A DNA stretch of 64,000 nucleotides from Microgenomates group bacterium (GTDB taxonomy: Bacteria; Patescibacteriota; Microgenomatia; Daviesbacterales; UBA10151): contig JBAZXP010000001.1 in assembly GCA_041659805.1 (NCBI GenBank), forward strand, positions 880,224 to 944,223. The letters are read 5' to 3'. Positions 1 to 9,983 of the stretch are shown piece by piece. The stretch's first letter is position 1; every line of letters begins with the position of its first letter. A program made the position numbers and the translations under genes. The notes beneath the pieces are model-generated. The model searched no databases. It saw only the letters and a list, made by a program, of their open reading frames with translations, and was not told the origin of the DNA.

Positions 1-1103
1 GTAACCACCAAATTCTGAAGGTCGTGAGCATGAGCACTGCCTCCAATAGACACTTGTTCAGTGCCTTTTATATAAGTAACCACACCACCCATATAGGTTT
101 TAAAATCCAAATCATATAATGTAGTAGTCCAGCTTGGACTTCCTGAGGACCAATTATCCGACCATTTACTCAAACCCCTAGTATATCCCTGCAGTGAGTC
201 TGCTGACCAAACCCAGTAATTGGAAGCATTATATGAGGTATCAAGCACAATCCAGTAAGAAGTGTCTGCTGCAAGAAAAGGCGAAGAATTAAAAGCAACA
301 TCCACCCAGCTATATTGTGTGGTAACTAAATTTGAAGTTAGAGTACCGGTTGTTAAAACACTATTTTTGTCTGGTTTTCCATTATTATCACTTAATAATC
401 TTACTGTTATATCAGGCGGCGTTCCTACTTTTTTTAGCATGGCTGAAATTTTATTTATATTTCCGCTGACAGTCGGTTTAAAACTTTGAGCAACATCTAA
501 TATATTATTGCCTGCTACGTTTTTCCCAAAAACATAGTCGCTACAACCCGGGCTCACACAGAAGTTTTGCTGATCTGCGGCCGGAGCAGTTCCGCCAGCA
601 ACATAAGCATCTCCGGAGATAGAAGTATTATTGCTCATATTAATATTGCCATTCGAGTAAACGGATCCATAAACATTACTATTATTTTCCATTTCTAAAC
701 CTCCTTCTCCAACCTGCATTGCATAATTAAAAGCATATCCAACTCCCTTTGAAGCAGTGATTTTTACAGTTCTTTGAGACTTCGGATTCGATTTTGACGG
801 AACATAGCCTGTCGCTTCAATAATTTTTGATGATTGATTCGGACTGGTTACTTTAATCGAGATTGATCCTTCATCTAACTTAATTTCTGTGTCCCCAGAA
901 TATGAACCACCTAAATTCAGAGAGGCCAGTGCTTTTTCAACTCCTGCCTCAGCCAAATTAATTGCCTGAGTAGAAGTTACTGAATAATTAGTATTCTGGG
1001 AATAAATATTTGCTCCGCCAATAATTGCCAGAGAATTTACCAACACCAAACCGACTACAATAATTGCCAAAACTAATACTTGTCCAGATTGGTTGTGTTT
1101 CAT
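1..1103 (-). CDS. PilX-like type IV pilus assembly protein, partial (C-terminus beyond window edge)
   Basis: Reverse-strand ATG at 1101-1103 gives MKHNQSGQVLVLAIIVVGLVL..., a PilX_N-like N-terminus with a TM helix. It is a paralog of the 2088..3029 product. The open frame runs off the window and is not in the ORF track. It overlaps the next gene by 4 nt. Confidence 0.5.
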   Translation of the reverse strand, partial: MKHNQSGQVLVLAIIVVGLVLVNSLAIIGGANIYSQNTNYSVTSTQAINLAEAGVEKALASLNLGGSYSGDTEIKLDEGSISIKVTSPNQSSKIIEATGYVPSKSNPKSQRTVKITASKGVGYAFNYAMQVGEGGLEMENNSNVYGSVYSNGNINMSNNTSISGDAYVAGGTAPAADQQNFCVSPGCSDYVFGKNVAGNNILDVAQSFKPTVSGNINKISAMLKKVGTPPDITVRLLSDNNGKPDKNSVLTTGTLTSNLVTTQYSWVDVAFNSSPFLAADTSYWIVLDTSYNASNYWVWSADSLQGYTRGLSKWSDNWSSGSPSWTTTLYDLDFKTYMGGVVTYIKGTEQVSIGGSAHAHDLQNLVV

Positions 1104-1666
1104 ATATTTCTTAAATTAGTCACGATAACTGAGTTTCTTGATTTATCTGCTACCCCTCCGGTCGGCTGTACATTTACTTCAGTTTTTACCTTTACAGCAG
1201 ACGTGGGGGAGACGATATTGTCGTTTTGATCTAAATAGGTAAATGCAATTGATTGTAAAATACTGGAAAGAACCTTGGTTTGCGAAATTCTTTTACTAGC
1301 AGAATCAGGAAAAACATAGAGCATAAGGAGGTTTGTTTTCACCGCATCTTTAGTAATTACTACATAATCATATGTATTATTAATAATTCCGCTGACATCA
1401 AAAGAAGGAATTTTAAGAACCAGGGTAGTTCCATTTGTAGTATAAAGAGGAGTAATTAGTGGATAACTATTTACAACAGCTGACGCCTGTCTGATGTTAG
1501 TTTCAATTTCACTAACAGCATCGTTTATACTCAAGCCTGATGTAACCAATGACGTTTGCTTATTATATAGACCAGTGTTATTTACCAAAATACTTGCCAA
1601 AAGCGTTCCTACAATAATAAAAACAGCAGCCACAACCAATGTCTCCACAAATGTGAAGCCTCTCAT
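1100..1666 (-). CDS. prepilin-type N-terminal cleavage/methylation domain protein (minor pilin/pseudopilin)
   Basis: N-terminus MRGFTFVETLVVAAVFIIV matches the class III signal (G|FT.E + hydrophobic helix). Confidence 0.7.
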   Translation of the reverse strand: MRGFTFVETLVVAAVFIIVGTLLASILVNNTGLYNKQTSLVTSGLSINDAVSEIETNIRQASAVVNSYPLITPLYTTNGTTLVLKIPSFDVSGIINNTYDYVVITKDAVKTNLLMLYVFPDSASKRISQTKVLSSILQSIAFTYLDQNDNIVSPTSAVKVKTEVNVQPTGGVADKSRNSVIVTNLRNI

Positions 1667-2091
1667 TGTCCCAAACCTCTTTCTGTCATAAGAGTTGAAA
1701 GTTCAACTTTTTTTACAACTCCTGCTTCTTGCCAAAAAACCGTTACCTTTATTTTCTTTGCAACCTCGCCTGATGCACAAACTTCTATAGGACAATCTGA
1801 TACTTCATATTGAGCGGCAGGGGAGGGGAGCTTAAATAAACTCGCGTCAGTAAAAGTATTCATACCGTTTGATAAACCTGAGTAAGGTTGCTTCCTTAAA
1901 AGATCAATTTCTTTATTGGCAATCTCTTTTGCCAAAGAGGTATTTCCGCTATTCCTAATGCTTTGAATTGAAGCTGGAAGAGATGCAATAAGAACGGCAA
2001 GTACTCCCACTGCAACAACGACTAGTATAAGTTCTATTAATGAGATTCCTCTCTGATTTTTAATTTTAAGCACCGGGTTTATATTGTTCAC
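1663..2091 (-). CDS. prepilin-type pseudopilin
   Basis: KNQRGISLIELILVVVAVGVL prepilin motif. Confidence 0.65.
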   Translation of the reverse strand: MNNINPVLKIKNQRGISLIELILVVVAVGVLAVLIASLPASIQSIRNSGNTSLAKEIANKEIDLLRKQPYSGLSNGMNTFTDASLFKLPSPAAQYEVSDCPIEVCASGEVAKKIKVTVFWQEAGVVKKVELSTLMTERGLGQ

Positions 2092-3029
2092 TCTTTTTTT
2101 AAGTTGCTTGCGGAAAATAATACATAGTCAAAAAGCTGAGGCATCACCCCGCGGTAATTTGTCACCTCAAGAGATCTCTTTACATCACCTGAAGTACCTG
2201 AGGCTCTGTAAATATTAGCCTGAGTCGGAAGGGAACCTATTCCGGGTTTTAAAGCAACAGGATGTTCAGTATCAGTGTAAAGTAACCTGACCCTTACCAT
2301 GATCAATATATTATTACCTGAGTGGGGCAAGATGCTGGGAACATCAGAGGTTGAAGGAACACGGACCTGGCAGTAATAATTAGCTGTTGCACCATCATCA
2401 ATAAGTGTAGAAGTGTCGCGCACGTCGCAAGAAGAAATACTCGATTGAGTAGTATTATTTATACGCGGAGCATTAATAAGACTTCCGTCCCTGTACGAAT
2501 CATAGTATTTCTTTAGAGTCTTATATTTTTTGTCAGTATCATCCCAATACACGATATCCAATTCAACCGCGGGCTGATTGGCCAATCTGCCTCCTTTAGT
2601 CTCATCGTACTTATCGTGATTAGGATCTCCGAAGTAAAGATAAAAGTAATCTTCATTATACGAACGCGCCATTGTCTCGGGATTAGCTAACCAAAACTGG
2701 GCAAAGGTGCGTTTGGTATAAGGAGCAAAACTGAGAGCATTACTCCCAACAGGGGTTGCACCAGCTGAAGCAGAGGCAGCAGCAGCATTGCTTAAATTAA
2801 AAGGATTTACCTGAGTAGTAGTAGTTCCTCCAATATTATTCTCGTTTTGTTTTATCGCTTTTTCTATAGCAGCTTCTGCAGCAGAAAAAGCCCGGGAAGA
2901 GTCTTCGCTTTTCCTTGAGGTTGATACTTCGAGGATGCTTCGTCCTATGGTTGATAAACCAATAGCAAGTGCTACTACCATAATCAACAGAAGCAATATC
3001 ACAACCTGTCCTGAACTATTATTTTTCAT
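2088..3029 (-). CDS. PilX-like pilus assembly protein
   Basis: MKNNSSGQVVILLLLIMVVALAIG...AAEAAIEKA, a PilX N-terminal-like region, followed by a Ser/Thr/Asn-rich extracellular part. Confidence 0.5.
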   Translation of the reverse strand: MKNNSSGQVVILLLLIMVVALAIGLSTIGRSILEVSTSRKSEDSSRAFSAAEAAIEKAIKQNENNIGGTTTTQVNPFNLSNAAAASASAGATPVGSNALSFAPYTKRTFAQFWLANPETMARSYNEDYFYLYFGDPNHDKYDETKGGRLANQPAVELDIVYWDDTDKKYKTLKKYYDSYRDGSLINAPRINNTTQSSISSCDVRDTSTLIDDGATANYYCQVRVPSTSDVPSILPHSGNNILIMVRVRLLYTDTEHPVALKPGIGSLPTQANIYRASGTSGDVKRSLEVTNYRGVMPQLFDYVLFSASNLKKE

Positions 3030-3691
3030 CTTATGCCCCCTCTTACTTGTACGGAAGTTGCAAAAGGTATCCCGTTATCCGCAACAGTCACGTCATAAGC
3101 ATAACCTGCCAAAACTCCGGCTGACGCATTAAATTTGATTAATACATTATCTCCTCGTCTGTCAAAAATATCTTGCCCAGGTGGGGTATAATCAATAGAA
3201 ACACCGTTTACAGGATCAGCATCTGTTAAAGACTGAATAAAATTACTTCCTGTATTTAAATTGGTTTCATCATGTTCTGTACAAAGCTGATCATCAGTTA
3301 CATCACCGGCAAGATCATTTCTAATAAAATTAATTTTTTGGATTTTACCGTTCAACATAGCAGAAGGAGAGGAAAACTTATACTGAGTATACGTTCCTCC
3401 CTTAGTTATGACAAGCGTATCTTTGGGAGACACTCCTGGATTATGAAATTTATCAACACAAACTATACCGTCAGCATCCCTAATCTCATTTGATAATTTA
3501 TCCAGTACAACCTGTCCGTTCTGCTTCACCTGATTGATTGCCTTAACCTTATTCCTCCCCCTTAAAGCATCAATCAATATATTAGTAAAAATTACGCCCA
3601 AAACAACCATAATAGACACTACAACAAGTAACTCTATAATGGTAAAACCGTTATTTTTATTATTTATATTTTTATCTTTATATACAATCAT
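3026..3691 (-). CDS. prepilin-type pseudopilin
   Basis: NNKNNGFTIIELLVVVSIMVVLGV. The likely start is the internal Met (MIVYKDKN...). The track ORF extends to 3736. Confidence 0.6.
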   Translation of the reverse strand: MIVYKDKNINNKNNGFTIIELLVVVSIMVVLGVIFTNILIDALRGRNKVKAINQVKQNGQVVLDKLSNEIRDADGIVCVDKFHNPGVSPKDTLVITKGGTYTQYKFSSPSAMLNGKIQKINFIRNDLAGDVTDDQLCTEHDETNLNTGSNFIQSLTDADPVNGVSIDYTPPGQDIFDRRGDNVLIKFNASAGVLAGYAYDVTVADNGIPFATSVQVRGGIR

Positions 3692-4247
3692 AATTTGGTT
3701 TTGTAATAACTGTTTCCAAATCAGAACTATGTGCACCAGACGTATCGCTCCAACTTACACCTACAGTTACGTTAACATAGTCTGTCGCAACGGCACGATT
3801 TGGCTGACTCACTTGGATTTGCCTTGTAAATATACTATCCGGTATTTTGACGCTTTTTGCAAAGGGGGGACTATCTGTATTACCCAGAAAGGCAAGGGTT
3901 CCACTTTCGGTTAAATCATAGTAGCATACTTTACCTGGTAGGCCGCAAAAAAAGTCTGTACCACTTGTATTATTCCATAGCTCCATAAAACACTTAGATA
4001 CTGTCGGGCTAGTTAAAGTATTGTAAGCATTGTTATCCCGGAGAATCCTAATTCTATCTATCGTATCTTGAGCTAATTTTGTTGCCTGAGTCTGATTTTG
4101 TGCAAACTGGGCATTTTTAAGGCTCGATAAAATAATCATTACTAAAGCAATAATCATTATGGCAGATACAACTCCTACTACCAGTACTTCAATTAAACTC
4201 TGACCTTTTTCATTGATTCTTAACATAAATACCTCCTCCTTTTTCAA
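3678..4247 (-). CDS. prepilin-type pseudopilin
   Basis: INEKGQSLIEVLVVGVVSAIMIIALV. The track start looks like TTG; the ATG (MLRINEKGQS) about 20 nt downstream is the probable start and overlaps the TGA stop of the upstream gene. Confidence 0.55.
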   Translation of the reverse strand: MKKEEVFMLRINEKGQSLIEVLVVGVVSAIMIIALVMIILSSLKNAQFAQNQTQATKLAQDTIDRIRILRDNNAYNTLTSPTVSKCFMELWNNTSGTDFFCGLPGKVCYYDLTESGTLAFLGNTDSPPFAKSVKIPDSIFTRQIQVSQPNRAVATDYVNVTVGVSWSDTSGAHSSDLETVITKPNYDCI

Positions 4248-4782
4248 CTACCACCTTCCTTGTATTCCCGGATGAAGATAAGGTAATCTCCAAATTAGAA
4301 TTAGTTTCATCCACGCATCTCGGTGAATTTGGATCATTAAAGGATATGTTTGAGGTAATATTGTTAAACTTTACTTGAAGCGGTAAGGTGCCCGCTACAT
4401 TACATGGAGTAGTGCTACCGCTGATTACCACAGGAACAATTGCTACATTAGATACAATGACTCCTGCACTAAGATCGGTTTCCACTGCCGGTTGAGAACC
4501 CCCTTCGCAAACAGGGGATAGCGAATAGAATGTATTGAGACTAGGATCACTACTTATATCTATGCGCCAATAAAGTGCTCTGCTGTCATCTTTACAAACA
4601 GTGCCGGTTTGGGCGTTATTTTGGGCGTGACGCAACACAGCCTGCAACTGATTAACAGCCTCAGCTAATTTTTGATTATTGCTGTAATCATTATAGGAAG
4701 GCACTGCTACAACTACGATAATGGCTATAATTGCAATTACCACCATTAATTCTATCAGAGTAAAACCCCTATATCCCCGCAT
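4210..4782 (-). CDS. type IV pilin-like protein (GspH/FimT-like)
   Basis: MRGYRGFTLIELMVVIAIIAII with a short leader before G. It ends in a TGA stop. Confidence 0.65.
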   Translation of the reverse strand: MRGYRGFTLIELMVVIAIIAIIVVVAVPSYNDYSNNQKLAEAVNQLQAVLRHAQNNAQTGTVCKDDSRALYWRIDISSDPSLNTFYSLSPVCEGGSQPAVETDLSAGVIVSNVAIVPVVISGSTTPCNVAGTLPLQVKFNNITSNISFNDPNSPRCVDETNSNLEITLSSSGNTRKVVVEKGGGIYVKNQ

Positions 4783-4820
4783 ACATTAAACGTACCAATT
4801 TTTAGCGCAATTAGCAATTA

Positions 4821-5300
4821 TTACTGCGAAGAAAGTCCGATATTACAATTTTCTCCACATGTTCCGGCCGGTAAATCACCACAAGCTACAAGATCATTGG
4901 AAGTATCTGAGCTTTCTCTGCTGGCACAAAGATTAAAATTAGTACAAGCTGTTTCTTTGGAAAGATTGTCGCAAGCACCAGACGGACCATAAGCAGAATA
5001 ATAATAATTTCTATTTGAATCCATGTCTTTGGGAACCGATGCAAGATAAACAGTATTCCCATTTGTTAACGTAATACCGTTTGTGGTTAAGATAAAAATA
5101 TCTGCCAGAGGATAACTATGCACATCCCCCCGATAAAGCTCCAGCGCCTGTTTTATAGTCTGTAAATCCCTTAATCTTTGGGAATCTCTGCTTCTAGATA
5201 GAACTCCTCCAAAAAAAACCATGGCAACAGCAGAGAGGATACCAATAATTGCCACTGTGATTATTAATTCGACTAGAGTGAAACCATCTTTCTTAACCAT
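4821..5300 (-). CDS. type IV pilin / GspG-like pseudopilin
   Basis: MVKKDGFTLVELIITVAIIGILSAVA...RDSQRLRDLQTIKQALELY, a GspG/PulG-type motif. Confidence 0.7.
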   Translation of the reverse strand: MVKKDGFTLVELIITVAIIGILSAVAMVFFGGVLSRSRDSQRLRDLQTIKQALELYRGDVHSYPLADIFILTTNGITLTNGNTVYLASVPKDMDSNRNYYYSAYGPSGACDNLSKETACTNFNLCASRESSDTSNDLVACGDLPAGTCGENCNIGLSSQ

Positions 5301-5303
5301 ATT

Positions 5304-5765
5304 TCATGGTGCACTAACCTGATACTGAGCTGATGCAGAGGCACAAGGAGGATCAGAAGCCAAAACAGCATTCGATTCGTTTTCCACATTCGCAAAAAGA
5401 CAATAATTTGTGCAGTAGGTATTAGGATCATTGTCATTGTCAGTACAAGAACCGGGGTACTTTGCGTAGAAGTAAGTTCCCGGCGGTATCTCTTGGGGAA
5501 CTTTTGACATATATACCTTAGCTCCTCCGGGATCTACCAAAGTTGTACCTAAGGTTAGAGGGTAATATCCCTGATCTGCATGATATTGTTCCAAAGCTGA
5601 TTGGATTGTTGATATGTCTGATTTTCGTCTGGCATCCCGACCATTTTTTTGGATATTTCCATAGGAAATTAAAGCAATTGTCATTAGAACCGACAATATA
5701 GAAATGGTAACCAAAAGCTCAATAAGGGTAAAACCCTCACAAAATCTTTTACATTTTCCCCTCAT
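5304..5765 (-). CDS. type IV pilin / GspG-like pseudopilin
   Basis: EGFTLIELLVTISILSVL...RDARRKSDISTIQSALEQY. Confidence 0.7.
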   Translation of the reverse strand: MRGKCKRFCEGFTLIELLVTISILSVLMTIALISYGNIQKNGRDARRKSDISTIQSALEQYHADQGYYPLTLGTTLVDPGGAKVYMSKVPQEIPPGTYFYAKYPGSCTDNDNDPNTYCTNYCLFANVENESNAVLASDPPCASASAQYQVSAP

Positions 5766-5856
5766 ATTATTATATTAGCACATATATTTTGTTTATTTAC
5801 AGCATTATCTATTTACACAGTCAACATGATCGTGTATACATTAAGTCTATAAAAAT

Positions 5857-8010
5857 ATGACATATAGTAATATACTTTCATTTTTAAATAAAAAGATTGT
5901 ACATATTATTGTGCTGCTTCTGATAGTTGCTGCTGCTTATGTAAATATCTTTCAAAATGATTTTGCCTTTGATGATCCAACATTTATTACCGGATGGAAA
6001 GACATACAAACCACAACAGAGATTCCTTATTTATTAAAAGGAAGTCTTCCTTTGGGACATACGGGATTATATAGACCCTTAAGGAGCATGTTCTATGTCC
6101 TAAGTTACCATTTGTGGGGCGAAAATACCTTCGGCTATCACTTACAATCGTTATTTATAATAATAAGCCTGACATTGCTCACATATCTTATTGTTTCAAA
6201 TCTGACAAAAAAACATTTTACGGCAATGGTTGCAGCCATGCTATTTGGTTTACATCCGATTCACACCGAATCAATTACATTTATGACTGCCAGTTTTGAT
6301 GCAATAGGAACAGTTTTCTTTTTCCTTTCCTTTTACCTATATATTAAATACAGAAACAATAGCGAAAGGGTTCTTTTTTTACTATCTATTCTTACCGCGA
6401 CTATTGCATTTTTTACATATGAAGTTACGCTTACATTACCGCTACTATTATTTTTATATGATTCATTGTTTTTAAAAAAGAGTTTTCAGTTCAAATCAAA
6501 AATAATGTTAAGTCAGATATCTCCATATATTCCATACTTAACGATTCTTGCTTTCTATCTTTATACCAGGATGTTTTATTTGCAAATCGTAGAAAGGGGA
6601 GCTTACCTTTTAGGAAGCCCGTTTATTACTTTCTTAGTCCAGGTTCAAGCCATTACCTTATACATCAGGTTACTATTTTTACCAGTAAACTTAACAGTAA
6701 ATCACTTGATAGCACCCGGTATTGTTGCGTTCACCTGGGCTGAAATATCTGAAAAAGCACTCAGGGCTCAATCTCTTTTTTCCATAGAAGTTCTAACCTC
6801 AATTATTTTAATAATAAGTATATTTACAATCGCCATAGTATGTTTCAGAACAAGATCGTGGGTGACATTTTGTATTTTCTGGTTTTTTATTTCCTTGGCA
6901 CCTGTATTAAATATTATTCCACAAGGTGCTGTCATGACTGAAAGATATTTGCTAATTCCATCTTTTGGTTTTTGCACATTGATTGCTGTCATTATCGGAA
7001 ACGTTTATAAATTAAAAGCTAAGAATTTAAACTATAAATATCTGATAATCACTTTTCTGATCATCACATCCGGTTTCTTTTTTATACAAACTGTTTACAG
7101 AAATTCTGAGTGGAGAAGCAGCATAACGCTTTGGGAAAGTGCAAATAGGTTAAACTCAAATAGCTATATTAACGTCACAAATCTGGCAGTAGGCTATGCA
7201 ATCGCCAACAATCCTCAAAAAGCTTTAAATCTATTTCAAAAGGCGGAGAATATTGCATCTAATAACTACCACACTCATCAAAATCTTGGGGTACAGTACT
7301 TTAAAATGAAGAAATACGACCTAGCAATCGAAGAATATTATAAGACAATTCAATTGGAGCCAAAATTGTCATATTTATACACTGCATTAAGCGTCGCTTA
7401 TCTGGAAAAAGAAGATTATGATAGGGCAATCACTTCTTCTAAAAAAGCGATTGAGGTTAGTGAAGGCTTGGATCCGATGGCTTATTTCCATTTAGGGGAA
7501 GCTTACAGCAAACAAAATAGAACTGATCTGGCAATTGATAATTATAAAAAAGCTCTTCATGTTGATCCCAAAAACCCAACAACTCATTTCAGACTCGGCT
7601 ACACCTACTATGAGCAGGGGAAATATAAAGAGGCTATTTCTGAATACGAAGAAGCATTAATCTTTAATCCTAAATCGTCTGAAATTTATTACAATATGGG
7701 GAAATCCCTGGAGAGTCTTAACCGGCCGGATTTAGCATTACAACAATATAAAAAAGCTATTGAGCTTGATCCTAAATCAGCAGCTGCTCACAATAATGCC
7801 GGAATTATTTATACCGGCTATAATAGATCGGATGAAGCTGAAAAAGAATTTAACACAGCAATTTCTCTTGATCCAAATTTAGCTGAAGCATATTTTAATC
7901 TCGCATACATATATAAAACACAAAACAAAATAGACCTAGCAACAATACAATTACAGAAGGGTTTACTTTTGGATCCTACAAACGAAAAAGCTAAAAAATT
8001 GTTAAACTAA
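5857..8010 (+). CDS. polytopic membrane protein (GT-C/PMT-like glycosyltransferase fold suspected) with a C-terminal TPR-repeat domain
   Basis: About 12 predicted TM helices in the N-terminal 450 aa, with FDD near the N-terminus. The C-terminal 270 aa consists of canonical 34-aa TPR repeats (AxxxLGxxYxxxxxYxxAIxxYxKALxLDP). Confidence 0.5.
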   Translation: MTYSNILSFLNKKIVHIIVLLLIVAAAYVNIFQNDFAFDDPTFITGWKDIQTTTEIPYLLKGSLPLGHTGLYRPLRSMFYVLSYHLWGENTFGYHLQSLFIIISLTLLTYLIVSNLTKKHFTAMVAAMLFGLHPIHTESITFMTASFDAIGTVFFFLSFYLYIKYRNNSERVLFLLSILTATIAFFTYEVTLTLPLLLFLYDSLFLKKSFQFKSKIMLSQISPYIPYLTILAFYLYTRMFYLQIVERGAYLLGSPFITFLVQVQAITLYIRLLFLPVNLTVNHLIAPGIVAFTWAEISEKALRAQSLFSIEVLTSIILIISIFTIAIVCFRTRSWVTFCIFWFFISLAPVLNIIPQGAVMTERYLLIPSFGFCTLIAVIIGNVYKLKAKNLNYKYLIITFLIITSGFFFIQTVYRNSEWRSSITLWESANRLNSNSYINVTNLAVGYAIANNPQKALNLFQKAENIASNNYHTHQNLGVQYFKMKKYDLAIEEYYKTIQLEPKLSYLYTALSVAYLEKEDYDRAITSSKKAIEVSEGLDPMAYFHLGEAYSKQNRTDLAIDNYKKALHVDPKNPTTHFRLGYTYYEQGKYKEAISEYEEALIFNPKSSEIYYNMGKSLESLNRPDLALQQYKKAIELDPKSAAAHNNAGIIYTGYNRSDEAEKEFNTAISLDPNLAEAYFNLAYIYKTQNKIDLATIQLQKGLLLDPTNEKAKKLLN

Positions 8011-8022
8011 AATAGATAAAAG

Positions 8023-8406
8023 TTAGCGTTGTTGACTCTTCTGGCAGTAGCTTCCACCTGCTTCTAAGACAGCGCAGATGTTGTATCCTGTTGTATTAGA
8101 GGTAGCTGATGGAATATCCCAATATGGAGCTGCTCCTGCTAAACCTGTAGGAATAGATCCTGAAGCAAACATTGAACCTGCTGCAGGTGTATAAAGGTTT
8201 GTGCTGGTGTTGTAATTTGCCTCCATAGCGTTAGCAATTGCCTGAATTTCTGATCTTCTGGAAGCATCTCTGGCATTTCTTTGTAAACCTGAGAATACAG
8301 CAGTCCCGATAACAGCTAAAATGGCGATAATTGCAATAACAACCAGAAGTTCAACTAAAGTAAAACCTTGAGGATTTTCAGATGTCTTGGGCAGTAGTTT
8401 TTTCAT
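8023..8406 (-). CDS. type IV pilin (major pilin candidate)
   Basis: MKKLLPKTSENPQGFTLVELLVVIAIIAILAVIG...RRSEIQAIANA. It is a monocistronic small gene, and a TTGACA -35-like hexamer lies upstream. The track ORF extends to 8439. Confidence 0.7.
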   Translation of the reverse strand: MKKLLPKTSENPQGFTLVELLVVIAIIAILAVIGTAVFSGLQRNARDASRRSEIQAIANAMEANYNTSTNLYTPAAGSMFASGSIPTGLAGAAPYWDIPSATSNTTGYNICAVLEAGGSYCQKSQQR

Positions 8407-8454
8407 TTGTTTTATCTTTATCTTTCTAATTATTGACATACAGAATAAACTCTG

Positions 8455-9369
8455 TCAATAGACCAATTTGAAGCTGGAAATGTACCAATTTAAAATTTGA
8501 GTACCCCAAATTAGAGCAATATATGCACCGACGCTTAAAAAAGGTCCAAAAGGAATTGTTTGTCCAAAATGCTTTTTCCTAAAAAGTAATAGTGCTATAG
8601 AAAATAGAGCACCAATTAAAAACGCCAGAAAAAGACCAATTATTGCATTTGGAAAACCCAATGCAATCCCTAAAAATAAAACAAATTTCACATCGCCCCA
8701 ACCCATCCCTTTTCCTTTTGTAATTATTATCAAAAAAACAAAAAAGAGAGACGCAATAATTCCAGCTGAAACTGCATATAGAGCAGGTTGCCAAATTCTA
8801 TATATTAAAGTCCAGATATAGTTAGAATATGGAGGCAGAAAATATTTTCCAATAAGATCAACTTTCAAACTTGTATACAAAAAATAAGAGTTCAAACCTG
8901 AAACAACAAGCCAATAAGTAATCGCAGCGTAAACAGAAGGGTAAGTTATTTTGTCTGGAAGTAAACCTGTTTTTAGGTCTGTCAAAAAAAGAATAAACAA
9001 AATCGTTACTATAAATATTTTAAATAAGAAATTAATAAAAAAGGGCAATGATTGAATGGTGGGATTTATAAGTAAGGTTTGGTCAAATGTTTGAGTCAAA
9101 AAAATACCGGCGACTAAAATTCCCACTATTATTTCTGCGGTAAAATTCGCAAAGGGAATATGTTTATGACAATATCTGCATTTTCCGAATAACATAAGGT
9201 ATGAGAGAATAGGAAAAAGGTCGTACCAGGCAAGAGTATGTTTACAACTCGCGCAATACGACCTTCCCCTCAAAGTGTTTTGCGTTTTTAACCTATCAGC
9301 CATAGCTTTCGCAAAACTTCCTAAAACCGTACCTATAAAAAACCCTAAAACAATAAATCCGATAGACAT
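8455..9369 (-). CDS. pilD: prepilin peptidase (A24 family)
   Basis: N-terminal CxxC...CxxC zinc motif (CASCKHTLAWYDLFPILSY...CRYCHKHI), polytopic membrane protein, and an GMGWGDVKF active-site region. Confidence 0.85.
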   Translation of the reverse strand: MSIGFIVLGFFIGTVLGSFAKAMADRLKTQNTLRGRSYCASCKHTLAWYDLFPILSYLMLFGKCRYCHKHIPFANFTAEIIVGILVAGIFLTQTFDQTLLINPTIQSLPFFINFLFKIFIVTILFILFLTDLKTGLLPDKITYPSVYAAITYWLVVSGLNSYFLYTSLKVDLIGKYFLPPYSNYIWTLIYRIWQPALYAVSAGIIASLFFVFLIIITKGKGMGWGDVKFVLFLGIALGFPNAIIGLFLAFLIGALFSIALLLFRKKHFGQTIPFGPFLSVGAYIALIWGTQILNWYISSFKLVY

Positions 9370-9375
9370 GATAAT

Positions 9376-9909
9376 TTAATAGGTACAGGTTGCGATAACA
9401 GCAGTAGTCATGTCTGATCCTACTTCATACATAGTATCGCTTAAGCCTCCATCAGCCAACATCTTTGGTTTCTGTTGATCAGATTCCAAGACTGTTTCAA
9501 TTCTCCAAGTTTCTCCATTTCCACAATATGTGTAATGATATGCAGTGCTGTTAATTGGATCTATAGGCAGTGTTGGAACAGAAACACTTTTCTGGTTCGC
9601 GAAATTTATTTTAACCCAACCATTTCCGTCTATACCACGATATCCTGTAACGTTATTTGTACTTTTATCAGTACAATCACCTGCAACTGTGTTACAAGCA
9701 ATATATTGGCTGGATTGTGTTGATTCCTGTACAGCAACATTAATAGCTGTTTGCAGGTTAGCAAGATCAGTTAACCTGGCAGCATCACGACTTCTTTTCA
9801 TAAGTTCTAATGGATTAATAATCAACACCACAACAGCGGCTAAAATAGCAATAATTGCGATAACTACTAAAAGTTCTACTAACGTAAAACCACGGGCAGT
9901 TTTTTTCAA
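9376..9909 (-). CDS. type IV pilin
   Basis: MKKTARGFTLVELLVVIAIIAILAAVVV. Confidence 0.7.
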   Translation of the reverse strand: MKKTARGFTLVELLVVIAIIAILAAVVVLIINPLELMKRSRDAARLTDLANLQTAINVAVQESTQSSQYIACNTVAGDCTDKSTNNVTGYRGIDGNGWVKINFANQKSVSVPTLPIDPINSTAYHYTYCGNGETWRIETVLESDQQKPKMLADGGLSDTMYEVGSDMTTAVIATCTY

Positions 9910-9983
9910 ATTCTTTCACCTCCTTTCATCTCTTATTTAAGATTGTCATAGTTTTAAATTTTCGTCAAGAGTTCCAAAGCTCG

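Noticed and set aside
8579-8794. Short internal or antisense ORFs from the track (e.g. 8579-8794, 1494-1691, 2935-3132, 11604-11807, 16089-16271, 24137-24334, 30224-30496, 32177-32487, 33904-34359, 59632-59886)
   Set aside because: They lie inside longer, homology-supported CDSs on the other strand or in another frame, have no motifs, and are typical of spurious ORFs in AT-rich DNA.
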